54,791 nucleotides of DNA, taken from an uncultured Candidatus Saccharibacteria bacterium. GTDB taxonomy: Bacteria; Patescibacteriota; Minisyncoccia; Phycocordibacterales; UBA9973. The notes below the pieces were generated by a model. It had not been told where the DNA came from. It saw nothing but the letters and a program-made list of their open reading frames with translations, and ran no database searches. The stretch covers positions 1-54,791 of the forward strand of contig CAZSWF010000003.1 in the NCBI GenBank assembly GCA_964610995.1, written 5' to 3'. This document shows positions 1-7,908 of the stretch, one piece after another (position 1 is the stretch's first letter; each line of letters starts with the position of its first letter). The position numbers and the translations under genes are program-made.

Positions 1-2
1 GT

Positions 3-320
3 CTAAAAACTGAAAAGACTATCTTAAAGTTTGATGCTGAAAAGTCTCGTCTCTATGTAAAAGGAAAAGAGATAAAAGTTAAGAAGTTTGGGGATGAGTA
101 CCATACCTTACGGATAATTTTTGAAAACTCTAAAGACCTTAAAGATGATTGGTTTTTCTCTAGAATTGCAGAGAAGTATGACTCTGCGGGTAATTTAGAG
201 GACAAGAAATTCTATAATGCTGTTTATCAGATAAATCTTAAATGCAGTCGTGTTGGAATAGATGATTTCTTTCTTAAAACACGCCAGTCTGCCAAAATAA
301 ACTCTAAATACTTGTCTTAA
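3..320 (+). CDS. Hypothetical protein, C-terminal fragment (ORF open to window edge)
   Basis: Frame is open from nt 3 to TAA at 318-320 (LKTEKTILKFDAEK...KINSKYLS). No motif recognised. Confidence 0.4.
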   Translation, partial: LKTEKTILKFDAEKSRLYVKGKEIKVKKFGDEYHTLRIIFENSKDLKDDWFFSRIAEKYDSAGNLEDKKFYNAVYQINLKCSRVGIDDFFLKTRQSAKINSKYLS

Positions 321-385
321 AATTGGCTTAAGTCGTCTTAAGTAGGCCATAGAATAATCTTAGGTTACAACCTAAGGTTGTTTTT

Positions 386-562
386 ATGTTACCAAACGAA
401 GCTATAAAGGAATACCAGAAGTTATACGAAAAACGCTACGGTGTCGTTTTAAGCGATGCTGAGGCCTCTTTTCGTGCCAATAACCTTGTTAATTTCTATA
501 AGGCTACTCTGGGGTCGGAATCTTTAGAAATTCAAGCTCGGCAAAATTATGACAAAGATTAA
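386..562 (+). CDS. Small hypothetical protein (58 aa)
   Basis: ATG 386 to TAA 560-562 (MLPNEAIKEYQKLYEKRYG...). Below the ORF-track cutoff and overlaps the next ORF's start. Confidence 0.25.
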   Translation: MLPNEAIKEYQKLYEKRYGVVLSDAEASFRANNLVNFYKATLGSESLEIQARQNYDKD

Positions 563-908
563 CCCTAAAGGAATTTTTAGCCATAGGAGCTACACAATTG
601 AAGAGTTATCGGGTCTTATAAGTAAAAATCAAAAGACTTTATTGCGATGGATTGAAAATGGATTGAAAACTGTCCCAGAAAGCAAGAAGCCAATTCTTAT
701 AATGGGTTTTGACTTGAAAGAATTTCTAAAGAAAAAAAGTACAAAAAAGAAAATTAAATTAAATCGGAATCAGTTTTATTGTCTGTCTTGTAAAGGGGCT
801 GTTTATGCAAAAAAGGGTTCTCTGGGAAAGCTCAGTAACAGAAAAATAGGTGTATGTGCTGTCTGTACTGGGAAAGTAACAAGGATAATTAAACCCTACC
901 AAAAATGA
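549..908 (+). CDS. Hypothetical element protein, HTH-like N-terminus plus CxxC...CxxC zinc ribbon
   Basis: YTIEELSGLISKNQKTLLRWIENGL resembles an HTH. CLSC...CAVC makes a four-Cys ribbon. Confidence 0.5.
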   Translation: MTKINPKGIFSHRSYTIEELSGLISKNQKTLLRWIENGLKTVPESKKPILIMGFDLKEFLKKKSTKKKIKLNRNQFYCLSCKGAVYAKKGSLGKLSNRKIGVCAVCTGKVTRIIKPYQK

Positions 909-973
909 CTATAAGATATTCTCGTCTACTGTCTAAATGTCCATTATTAGTAATAACCTAAAATATAAGAAAA

Positions 974-2080
974 ATGACAAAAATTATTTATCAAAATGAA
1001 TTAAGGAAAAGAGAATTTTTTGAACACTTGAAAGGTGCTGAGGGTTTTGCTGAAAGCTCCATAAATATGTTTGCTGAAGCAATTGACCAATGGCAAAAAT
1101 TTTCAGGGAATGAAGATTTTGTTAATTTTAATAAGACTAAAGCAATAGAATTTGTCTCGTGGCTTAAAACAAGAGGCAGTAAAACACCATCAGGGCAAGT
1201 TTCTCTTGCAACCCAATATAACTACATTCGGCGTATCAAAAGATTTTTACAATGGCTTTCTGACCAGCCAAACTATAGAAAAATACTTAAAAGCGATATA
1301 AACTTTTTGCGTCTATCAAAAAAAGATATTCAGATTGCGACATCTGGCACTACTAAGCAAATACCAACGCTTGAAGAATTTAAGCAAATAATTGAAAGCA
1401 TTGAAGTTAAAAATGAAATAGATAATAGGGATAGAGCAATGATTTGCCTAACACTTATTACAGGTATTCGTATTTCAGCTTTAATCTCATTAAAAATGAA
1501 AAGTTTTGATAAGAAAAATAAGTTATTTGACCAAAATCCAGCAGACGGTGTGAAAACAAAAAACTCAAAAAGAATACCAACAACATTTTTTCCTATAGGC
1601 TGGGACAAAGCAGAAAAGTATTTTATAGAATGGTACGAGTACCTTGAATCAAAAGGTTTTCAGCCAGAAGACCCGATTTTTCCATCAACACTAAATCTTT
1701 TTGGTTCAGAAAGTAATGCTTATAGTAAAGAGTTTATTAGTAAGGAGTTTTGGGGCGGTACAAATGGAGCTAGAAAGATTTTTGAAAAAAGGTGTAAAAA
1801 TGCTGACTTACATTATTTTAATCCTCATTCGCTCCGCCACGCTGTAGTAAACATTTTAAGCAAAATAAGACTTACGGAAGAAGAGAAGAAAGCAATCAGC
1901 CTCAATCTCGGACACGCTAATATAGGTACTACTTTCGGGTCTTATGGCTATGGTAGTATGAGTGATAAGAATGCTATTGAAATTGTGCAAAGATTAAAAA
2001 ATCAAAGTGATAGCAAAAATCAAATGGGTATTTCAGACGAAGATAAGGTCGTATTAAAAAGGATAGCTAGTAGTATTTAA
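974..2080 (+). CDS. Tyrosine recombinase / phage-type integrase
   Basis: Has an N-terminal SAM-like region. Catalytic signatures are TGIRISAL (Arg), HSLRHA (His-x-x-Arg) and LGHANIGTTFGSYGY (His...Tyr). Confidence 0.85.
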   Translation: MTKIIYQNELRKREFFEHLKGAEGFAESSINMFAEAIDQWQKFSGNEDFVNFNKTKAIEFVSWLKTRGSKTPSGQVSLATQYNYIRRIKRFLQWLSDQPNYRKILKSDINFLRLSKKDIQIATSGTTKQIPTLEEFKQIIESIEVKNEIDNRDRAMICLTLITGIRISALISLKMKSFDKKNKLFDQNPADGVKTKNSKRIPTTFFPIGWDKAEKYFIEWYEYLESKGFQPEDPIFPSTLNLFGSESNAYSKEFISKEFWGGTNGARKIFEKRCKNADLHYFNPHSLRHAVVNILSKIRLTEEEKKAISLNLGHANIGTTFGSYGYGSMSDKNAIEIVQRLKNQSDSKNQMGISDEDKVVLKRIASSI

Positions 2081-2119
2081 CCACTTGCTATGTAAAGAAT
2101 AGTAAAGTATACTAGATGT

Positions 2120-2656
2120 ATGGAATACTTAGATATATGCGATAGTGAAGGAAATAAATTAGGATTTACAAAATCAAAAAAAGAAGTCCACGAGCAAGGA
2201 CTTTGGCACAGGTCAGTTCATATTTGGATTGTTAATTCAAAAAGAGAAGTGTTAATACAAAAGCGTTCCCCTTTAATGGATAATCACCCAAATGAATGGG
2301 ATATTTCTTCAGCAGGACACGTTTCTGCAGGCGAAGATGATATGACTTCAGCACAAAGAGAAGTAGAAGAAGAAATTGGATTAAAACTTTTGCCTGAAAA
2401 CTTTATTCTTATTGGGACAGTGAAGCAAACTTCAGAAAGAACAGGATATATCAATAAAGAAGTAAACCCTGTATATGTTGTAAAAATGGATTTAGAACCA
2501 AAAAAAATCAAGAAGCAGGAAGAAGAAGTTTCTGAGGTAAAATTCTTACCTTATAAAGAACTAAAAAAAGTTATTGAAGCAAAAGACCAAACTTTTGTTC
2601 AACATCCTGCAGAATATAAATTACTATTTGAATTTTTAGAAAAAAACTATGAATAA
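2120..2656 (+). CDS. Nudix hydrolase (IDI-like subfamily architecture)
   Basis: Perfect Nudix box Gx5Ex7REVxEExGL in GHVSAGEDDMTSAQREVEEEIGL. Confidence 0.85.
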   Translation: MEYLDICDSEGNKLGFTKSKKEVHEQGLWHRSVHIWIVNSKREVLIQKRSPLMDNHPNEWDISSAGHVSAGEDDMTSAQREVEEEIGLKLLPENFILIGTVKQTSERTGYINKEVNPVYVVKMDLEPKKIKKQEEEVSEVKFLPYKELKKVIEAKDQTFVQHPAEYKLLFEFLEKNYE

Positions 2657-2834
2657 AGTAAAAGAATTTTATACAGCCAAAGAATTGGCTGACAAGCTAC
2701 GAGTAAACATAATGACTATTTACCGATACATTGATGCTAAAAAGTTAAAGGCATATAAGCTCGGTAAGGAATTTAGAATTGATAAGAAAGAGTTTGACAG
2801 TTTCTTGAATAAGGCAAAAACTAATGGAAAATAA
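2649..2834 (+). CDS. Excisionase-family helix-turn-helix DNA-binding protein
   Basis: 61 aa. ELADKLRVNIMTIYRYIDAKKLKAYKLGKEFRIDKKEFDSFL matches the MerR-like excisionase HTH pattern. It overlaps both neighbouring genes. Confidence 0.7.
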   Translation: MNKVKEFYTAKELADKLRVNIMTIYRYIDAKKLKAYKLGKEFRIDKKEFDSFLNKAKTNGK

Positions 2835-4431
2835 AAGTATAAAAATGATATACGGTGGCTACCACAGAAAATCTACTGAATCTGAGGATAGACAGGTTCT
2901 TTCTATTGATTCTCAGATTGATGAGAGTAAGAAAATTGCAGATAGCTTGGGTATAAAAGTTAAGCCAGAACATATCCTTTCAGAATCAAAGTCAGCAAAA
3001 GTAACTGGCAAGCGATTAAAGTTTCAACAAATGTTGGGTATGATTGAGCGTGGAGAAATAAACGGAATCATTGTTTGGCACGCAGACAGACTTTCACGAA
3101 ATGCTATGGATTCTGCTTTGCTCATTGACCTCATAGATAAAGGAAAACTCATTGAAATAGTTACACCAGCCCAAACATTCAAAAATACTCCACTGGATAA
3201 ATTTATGTTTATGTTCCAGTGTAGTCAGGCGAAAATGGAGAATGATAAAAAGGGTGTTGATGTAACTAGAGGGCTACATAAAAAAGCTAGTATGGGAATG
3301 TATCCCGCCTCAGCACCTACGGGATATAAAAATGATAAGTACGCAGAAAAAGGAAACAAAGTACCTCTAGTAGATGAGGTAAGATTTCCTCTTGTTAGAC
3401 AAATGATAGACCTTATGCTTACAGGAAATTACACTGTTGCTGAAATATGGAGAATCGCAAAGAATGAATGGGGTTTTACTATGCCAAACGGTAAAAAAAT
3501 TAGTAGAGCTACAGTCTATAGAATTTTCTCAAACCATTTTTATTATGGAAGATACGAATACCCTATGGGTAGCGGTAAATGGTATGACGGTATTCATACT
3601 CCGATGATGGAGGTTGAGGAATATGACAAGATTCAATTTATACTTGGCAAGAAAGGTAAACCTAGACCAAAGATACACATCTTTGATTTTACTGGAATGA
3701 TGCATTGCGGAGAGTGCGGAGCGAGTATCACAGCTGAGACTAAAATAAAAAGGCAAAAAAATGGCAACATTCACACCTATGTTTATTATCATTGCACTAA
3801 AAGAATAAACCCTAACTGTACACAGGGGTCTATTGAGGAGAAAGAACTAAAGAAACAGATTGTGGCAGAAATTGAGAGTATAGAAATTCCAGCAGAATTT
3901 CATAGTTTTGCTATGAAGTGGTTTAAGAAAGAGAACGAGAAAGAAATTGATGGCCGTAATGCCATTATAAAAGCCAACGAGAAAGCCTACAAGGCTTGTC
4001 TAGTGAAGATTGATGGCTTAACTGATATGAGAGCGGGTGGTGAAATATCAGCCGAAGAATTTGCGGAAAGAAAAATAAAATTCCTTGCAGAAAAGAAACA
4101 GCTTGATAATTTATACGGTGATACAAGTAAGAGAGTAGACCGATGGTTAGATACTGCCGATGATATGTTTACCTTTATTGAAAATGCAAAAGATAAATTT
4201 GAAACTGGAACGATTCAAACAAGACGCTCAATACTTTCAACCTTAGGTTCAGACCTCATTCTTAAAGACAAAATACTCAGTATTGATATAGAAAAATCAC
4301 TCTTTCCATTAAAAAGAGTTTCAAAAGAGTTAAACGCAATTAGTAAACGGTTAGAACCTCTAAAAACTATTGATAAACAAAAGGAATTTGACCTTTTGTG
4401 CGAGAAAAATCTCGTTATGCGGAGGATGTGA
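2824..4431 (+). CDS. Large serine recombinase
   Basis: YHRKSTESEDRQVLSIDSQ (catalytic Ser region), WHADRLSRN, recombinase domain, Zn ribbon CGECG...YYHCTKR, coiled-coil tail. The stop codon lies inside the tRNA 3' end. Confidence 0.9.
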   Translation: MENKSIKMIYGGYHRKSTESEDRQVLSIDSQIDESKKIADSLGIKVKPEHILSESKSAKVTGKRLKFQQMLGMIERGEINGIIVWHADRLSRNAMDSALLIDLIDKGKLIEIVTPAQTFKNTPLDKFMFMFQCSQAKMENDKKGVDVTRGLHKKASMGMYPASAPTGYKNDKYAEKGNKVPLVDEVRFPLVRQMIDLMLTGNYTVAEIWRIAKNEWGFTMPNGKKISRATVYRIFSNHFYYGRYEYPMGSGKWYDGIHTPMMEVEEYDKIQFILGKKGKPRPKIHIFDFTGMMHCGECGASITAETKIKRQKNGNIHTYVYYHCTKRINPNCTQGSIEEKELKKQIVAEIESIEIPAEFHSFAMKWFKKENEKEIDGRNAIIKANEKAYKACLVKIDGLTDMRAGGEISAEEFAERKIKFLAEKKQLDNLYGDTSKRVDRWLDTADDMFTFIENAKDKFETGTIQTRRSILSTLGSDLILKDKILSIDIEKSLFPLKRVSKELNAISKRLEPLKTIDKQKEFDLLCEKNLVMRRM

Positions 4432-4504
4432 GATTCGAACTCACGGGCCGGTGAAGGCCGACGGTTTAGTAAACCGTTGATTTAAACCACTCATCCAATC
4501 CTCC
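4420..4504 (-). tRNA. Type II tRNA (long variable arm, G73; Ser-like) with apparent anticodon ACU
   Basis: Hand-folded: acceptor GGAGGAT/ATCCTCC, anticodon stem ACGGT/ACCGT, loop TTACTAA, variable arm GGCC..GGCC, T arm GTGAG-TTCGAAT-CTCAC. No CCA is encoded. Confidence 0.75.
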
Positions 4505-4553
4505 AGATATGGTCGAGGACGATTTTAGCATCATCGACCATTTTATGCGAGGG

Positions 4554-4952
4554 CTAGCTCACCCGCTCACATAGCGGGCGGTACTGCGCGCGGTGATGGT
4601 AGAGGAAGTAAATGTTGAGGAGCAACATAAGGTTCCCCATGAGCGCACCTCCGGTCAGTAGGCCTCCATCGAGAAATGCGTGAAATGCGACGATGTTGAT
4701 CGTGATCGGCAGGATCAATAGCGCTGCAAATCCTGCCCGTCCTCGCCAGAGAGACACGAGTGCAATCGCAAACACAAATGCATTGATATACATAATGTAT
4801 CCGCCTGCATAGATCGCACTGATGAATGCAAATGCCTCAGGGTTTGAGTACATGTCTGCAGTCGGTGTGGGAAATACCCCAAATGCGCCGAGGATCGGCA
4901 TGACGAGCAGTAGACTCAGTGCAACCTTACAAATCACGTAAAATGTTTTCAT
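4554..4952 (-). CDS. Small integral membrane protein (about 4 TM), family unassigned
   Basis: 132 aa, hydrophobic throughout. The ORF is uninterrupted in GC-richer host-like DNA. Confidence 0.6.
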   Translation of the reverse strand: MKTFYVICKVALSLLLVMPILGAFGVFPTPTADMYSNPEAFAFISAIYAGGYIMYINAFVFAIALVSLWRGRAGFAALLILPITINIVAFHAFLDGGLLTGGALMGNLMLLLNIYFLYHHRAQYRPLCERVS

Positions 4953-5012
4953 ACTATATATGGGCTCATTATGGATATGTATGTAGTGTAGCAGATACTA
5001 TATACCAAACGA

Positions 5013-5612
5013 CTATTTACGAAATGTTTTCTTTATAAACATACGCACCAGTACTGCGACGATAGAAATGGCAAGCATCGCGACAATGATCGTGATCGCC
5101 TTGGGGCCAAGGTATGCTGTGAACGCATTGCCGGCATACACTCCTACAAATCCCCACAGATATGATCCTATTAGACTGTAGACTATATATCGTCTCGTAC
5201 GCACACCCCTGATCGCGGCAAACAAAGACGGTGTCGAACGCACAACAGGCAGTAGTTTGCCAAAGATAGCGATGATCGCTAAGTGTCGATCAAAGAGGTC
5301 CCATGAACGCTGGTATTTCTCATGAGTAACAAATCGTGACACCCAAGACAAATGTCTAAACTTCCTCCCGAGCAAAAAACCAGTCATATCCCCCGCAAAA
5401 CTTGTCGTACCTACAACAAGTGCGGCAACAAGTGGTGAGAGTACTCCTTGTGCAGCGAGACTGCCTGCCAAGAGTGCGATAGTTCCTCCTGGCAACACCG
5501 ACCCAATAATGGGGAGACCTTCGGTAAAAGAAAATACTCCAAGAAACAGTAGTTGTATCGGCAACCCTACCGTTTGTGCTGCGTTGATGATAGTAGTAGA
5601 AAGATCTCCCAT
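5013..5612 (-). CDS. DedA/VTT-domain family membrane protein
   Basis: FSFTEGLPIIGSVLPGGTIALLAGSLAAQG and GRKFRH...LPVVR are typical of the DedA/SNARE-associated domain. Confidence 0.8.
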   Translation of the reverse strand: MGDLSTTIINAAQTVGLPIQLLFLGVFSFTEGLPIIGSVLPGGTIALLAGSLAAQGVLSPLVAALVVGTTSFAGDMTGFLLGRKFRHLSWVSRFVTHEKYQRSWDLFDRHLAIIAIFGKLLPVVRSTPSLFAAIRGVRTRRYIVYSLIGSYLWGFVGVYAGNAFTAYLGPKAITIIVAMLAISIVAVLVRMFIKKTFRK

Positions 5613-5707
5613 ATATTTACAAAATCACTACCACAGCCGCCAAAAAAATCGTTGTTATCATATATATACGTTACTACTATACGGTGCAGTGTAGCATGAT
5701 ACCGTTC

Positions 5708-6145
5708 CTAGATTTTTCTTGAATCATACGCCCAGTGTAGCAATGCCTGTCTTTGGCGTGGTCGGCAATGGACATCTCCAGCGCGGCAATTGTTCCTAAT
5801 CTGCATCACATGTCTGCGCATAGCCATCCATCTTTTTATTTGTCTCTCATCGTCCTGTGTCCTGCGTCCCATATAATATCTGCAGTACCACTGAAACCAC
5901 CCTCTTGGATCTTGTGAATTGATCCAACCTTTGGCCTGCCACACAGAAAGTGACTGACTAGCGTTAACATTAAAATAATTGAGTTCTTTATGCCTCTTTT
6001 TATCTGGAGAAAGTTTTGCATTCTTCCACCAACTTTTTGGATACTCTTGTGGCGTATCAGAAAAATATAGACCCCCAAAAACTCCAAGCTCAAGCATTTC
6101 TTTGGGAGTTAGATCTGGTTTAAATCGTTCATCAAATTTTGTCAT
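5708..6145 (-). CDS. Conserved-looking hypothetical protein (Trp/Arg-rich, 145 aa)
   Basis: Clean ORF with a TGgTAGAAT box about 30 nt upstream. No family assigned from memory. Confidence 0.55.
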   Translation of the reverse strand: MTKFDERFKPDLTPKEMLELGVFGGLYFSDTPQEYPKSWWKNAKLSPDKKRHKELNYFNVNASQSLSVWQAKGWINSQDPRGWFQWYCRYYMGRRTQDDERQIKRWMAMRRHVMQIRNNCRAGDVHCRPRQRQALLHWAYDSRKI

Positions 6146-6212
6146 TATGTGTTGATACCATATAGTATAAACTCATTCTACCATTTCAGCTTCCAATTTC
6201 GATTTCCAATTT

Positions 6213-6300
6213 TGGCGGAGACGATGGGATTCGAACCCATGAGGCTGTGACACCTACCCCCTTAGCAAGGGGGCACATTCGACCACTCTGACACGTCTCC
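6213..6300 (-). tRNA. tRNA-Ser(GCU), CCA encoded
   Basis: GGAGACG...anticodon stem CCCCC/GGGGG, loop TTGCTAA, long variable arm, T arm GGGTTCGAATCCC, ends ...CGTCTCCGCCA. Confidence 0.9.
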
Positions 6301-6385
6301 AATGGAGCTACTGTATCACGATTTGTGTATAGAAAAAACCCTAAAAGTTTATCTAAACTTTATCTCAGTAGTCTATGCTTTTAGG

Positions 6386-6775
6386 ATGAACGAATTTGAT
6401 ACATGGAACTACCTAAAAAAGAATATTGATTTACAAGAAGTAGCTCCGGATCGATTTCCAAAAGAAAGTGAAGTGTGGATGGCAAGTCTCGGTAAGAATA
6501 TTGGATACGAACAAAATGGATCTGGTGATGCATTTTCTCGCCCCATACTTATTGTTAAGAAATTTAACAATCATATGTTTTGGGTTGTACCTCTATCTAC
6601 GAAACAAAAATCGCTTGATTTCTATTTCAACTATACCGATCCGAACAACCAACACGTCTCTGCTATTCTTGCTCAAATGAAACTATGTAGTATTAAAAGA
6701 CTAAAAAGAAAGCTCTATTTCCTACCTCACGACTTGTTCTCTATGGTGAAAAAACAACTTATATCTTTTCTGTAA
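6386..6775 (+). CDS. PemK/MazF-like toxin-fold protein (no adjacent antitoxin)
   Basis: EVWMASLGKNIGYEQNGSGDAFSRPILIVKKFN...VVPLST fits the MazF/PemK core pattern. Start set at ATG 6386, because the ORF-track start at 6302 abuts the tRNA. Confidence 0.55.
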   Translation: MNEFDTWNYLKKNIDLQEVAPDRFPKESEVWMASLGKNIGYEQNGSGDAFSRPILIVKKFNNHMFWVVPLSTKQKSLDFYFNYTDPNNQHVSAILAQMKLCSIKRLKRKLYFLPHDLFSMVKKQLISFL

Positions 6776-6781
6776 AAACTC

Positions 6782-6807
6782 GAAATCCGCCTGTTGTGGC
6801 GGATTTC
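6782..6807 (+). terminator. 10-bp hairpin downstream of the MazF-like gene
   Basis: GAAATCCGCC-tgttgt-GGCGGATTTC. The T-tract is weak. Confidence 0.45.
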
Positions 6808-6875
6808 TCGGAGCCTTGCGGCACTTTGTATTTCAAGTATACCATTTCACACTTTCGCGTCAATGTGTTCTATCG

Positions 6876-6881
6876 TATACT
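6876..6881 (+). promoter_or_regulatory. -10 box TATACT, 6 nt before ATG 6888 (leaderless-type)
   Basis: tcgTATACTctacacATG. Confidence 0.45.
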
Positions 6882-6887
6882 CTACAC

Positions 6888-7457
6888 ATGCAGCCGATCA
6901 TCAAGTCTCGTTTCGAACAGTTTTCTGACGGTGTGTTTGCGATTGCGATCACGCTTCTGGCTATCGAGCTTCGTGCACCAGAGGTTGTCAGTCACGATAT
7001 TGTTCGAGCAGTTCGCGACCTCGCACCATTTGCACCATCGATCGCGACCTTTGTCACCTCATTTGTCACAATCGCAATCTTTTGGGTCAACCATCACCAA
7101 CTCACCGCGCTCCTACAAAAGATCACTCAGCGACGTATCTTGTGGGCAAACGTTCTCTTTTTACTGTTTGTCACACTGATCCCGTTTGTCACCCAAGCAC
7201 TCAGTTATGATCCTTTCAATTCTACTCGCATGATCGGATACTGTCTGGTACTCCTTGGTGGATCGATTTCATTTTCACTTTTACGATACTTTATTCATCG
7301 CAGTCTTGGAGAGACCGACATTCCTATGCGTCGCAGTGCCTTTGGCCCGATCGTATACCTACTGGCAGCATTTGTAGCGCTCGTCTCAGTTACTGCATGC
7401 TATATATTGGTCGCTATACCAGCGCTGTACTACTTTTTGCCCAAATCGAGCTCCTAG
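6888..7457 (+). CDS. TMEM175/DUF1211-family putative K+ channel
   Basis: RFEQFSDGVFAIAITLLAIEL signature at the N-terminus and 6 TM segments. Start refined to ATG 6888. Confidence 0.8.
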   Translation: MQPIIKSRFEQFSDGVFAIAITLLAIELRAPEVVSHDIVRAVRDLAPFAPSIATFVTSFVTIAIFWVNHHQLTALLQKITQRRILWANVLFLLFVTLIPFVTQALSYDPFNSTRMIGYCLVLLGGSISFSLLRYFIHRSLGETDIPMRRSAFGPIVYLLAAFVALVSVTACYILVAIPALYYFLPKSSS

Positions 7458-7549
7458 CTATCTTTCTAGGATATCCGTGGTATACTGTCTGGGTTGTAAT
7501 GAACCTCTCGAACAGGCGCGTTGCACGTTAGTAATAATCACAATCGTAC

Positions 7550-7843
7550 ATGAATAATAAAGTATTTGTTGGAAGTCTCTCATGGGGCACCACCAACGAT
7601 AGTCTCGCTGCACACTTTGCAGCTGCAGGCACCGTTACCAAAGCAGATGTCCTCTTGGACAAAATGACTGGCAAGAGCAAAGGCTTCGGCTTCGTTGAAT
7701 TTGCAACAGAAGCAGAAGCACAAGCTGCAGTTGATAAACTCAACCAAAGCGAGCTCGATGGCCGCACTATCTTTGTCGACTTGGCTCGCCCAAAGACAGA
7801 AGGTGGAGGCAACCGTGGAGGCGGATTTGACCGACGCGCATAA
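7550..7843 (+). CDS. RRM-type RNA-binding protein with Gly/Arg tail
   Basis: RNP-2 VFVGSL, RNP-1 KGFGFVEF, C-terminal GGGNRGGGFDRR. Confidence 0.9.
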   Translation: MNNKVFVGSLSWGTTNDSLAAHFAAAGTVTKADVLLDKMTGKSKGFGFVEFATEAEAQAAVDKLNQSELDGRTIFVDLARPKTEGGGNRGGGFDRRA

Positions 7844-7865
7844 TATAGAAACCTCTATATACGAG

Positions 7866-7890
7866 AACCCCGAGCAATCGGGGTTTTTGT
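7866..7890 (+). terminator. Intrinsic terminator after the RRM gene
   Basis: CCCCGA-gcaa-TCGGGG followed by TTTTT. Confidence 0.75.
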
Positions 7891-7895
7891 ATTGG

Positions 7896-7904
7896 TGCTA
7901 CACT
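7896..7904 (+). promoter_or_regulatory. Extended -10 TGcTACACT, 4-7 nt before the recG ATGATG
   Basis: ggTGcTACACTgagaATGATG. Confidence 0.45.
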
Positions 7905-7908
7905 GAGA

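Larger units (their letters stand above)
1..4431. mobile_element. Integrative element (right part only; left end beyond window) abutting the 3' end of a tRNA gene
   Basis: AT-rich block ending abruptly at ~4430. It carries Tyr and large Ser recombinases plus an excisionase-like HTH. The last ORF overlaps the tRNA 3' end. Confidence 0.7.

Noticed and set aside
4505-4553. 8-bp inverted repeat ATGGTCGA...TCGACCAT just beyond the tRNA 5' end, considered as an att-related site.
   Set aside because: It is on the chromosomal (5') side of the tRNA, has a 17-nt loop and no repeat partner in the element. It is most simply a weak hairpin in the spacer after the membrane-protein gene.
6302-6385. Upstream extension of the MazF-like ORF (track start 6302) and ORFs 6796-7179 / 6816-6887.
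   Set aside because: The extension begins 2 nt after the tRNA and has no coding features. For the TMEM175 gene, a TATACT box 6 nt before ATG 6888 and the family's N-terminal RFExFSDG motif favour the shorter start.
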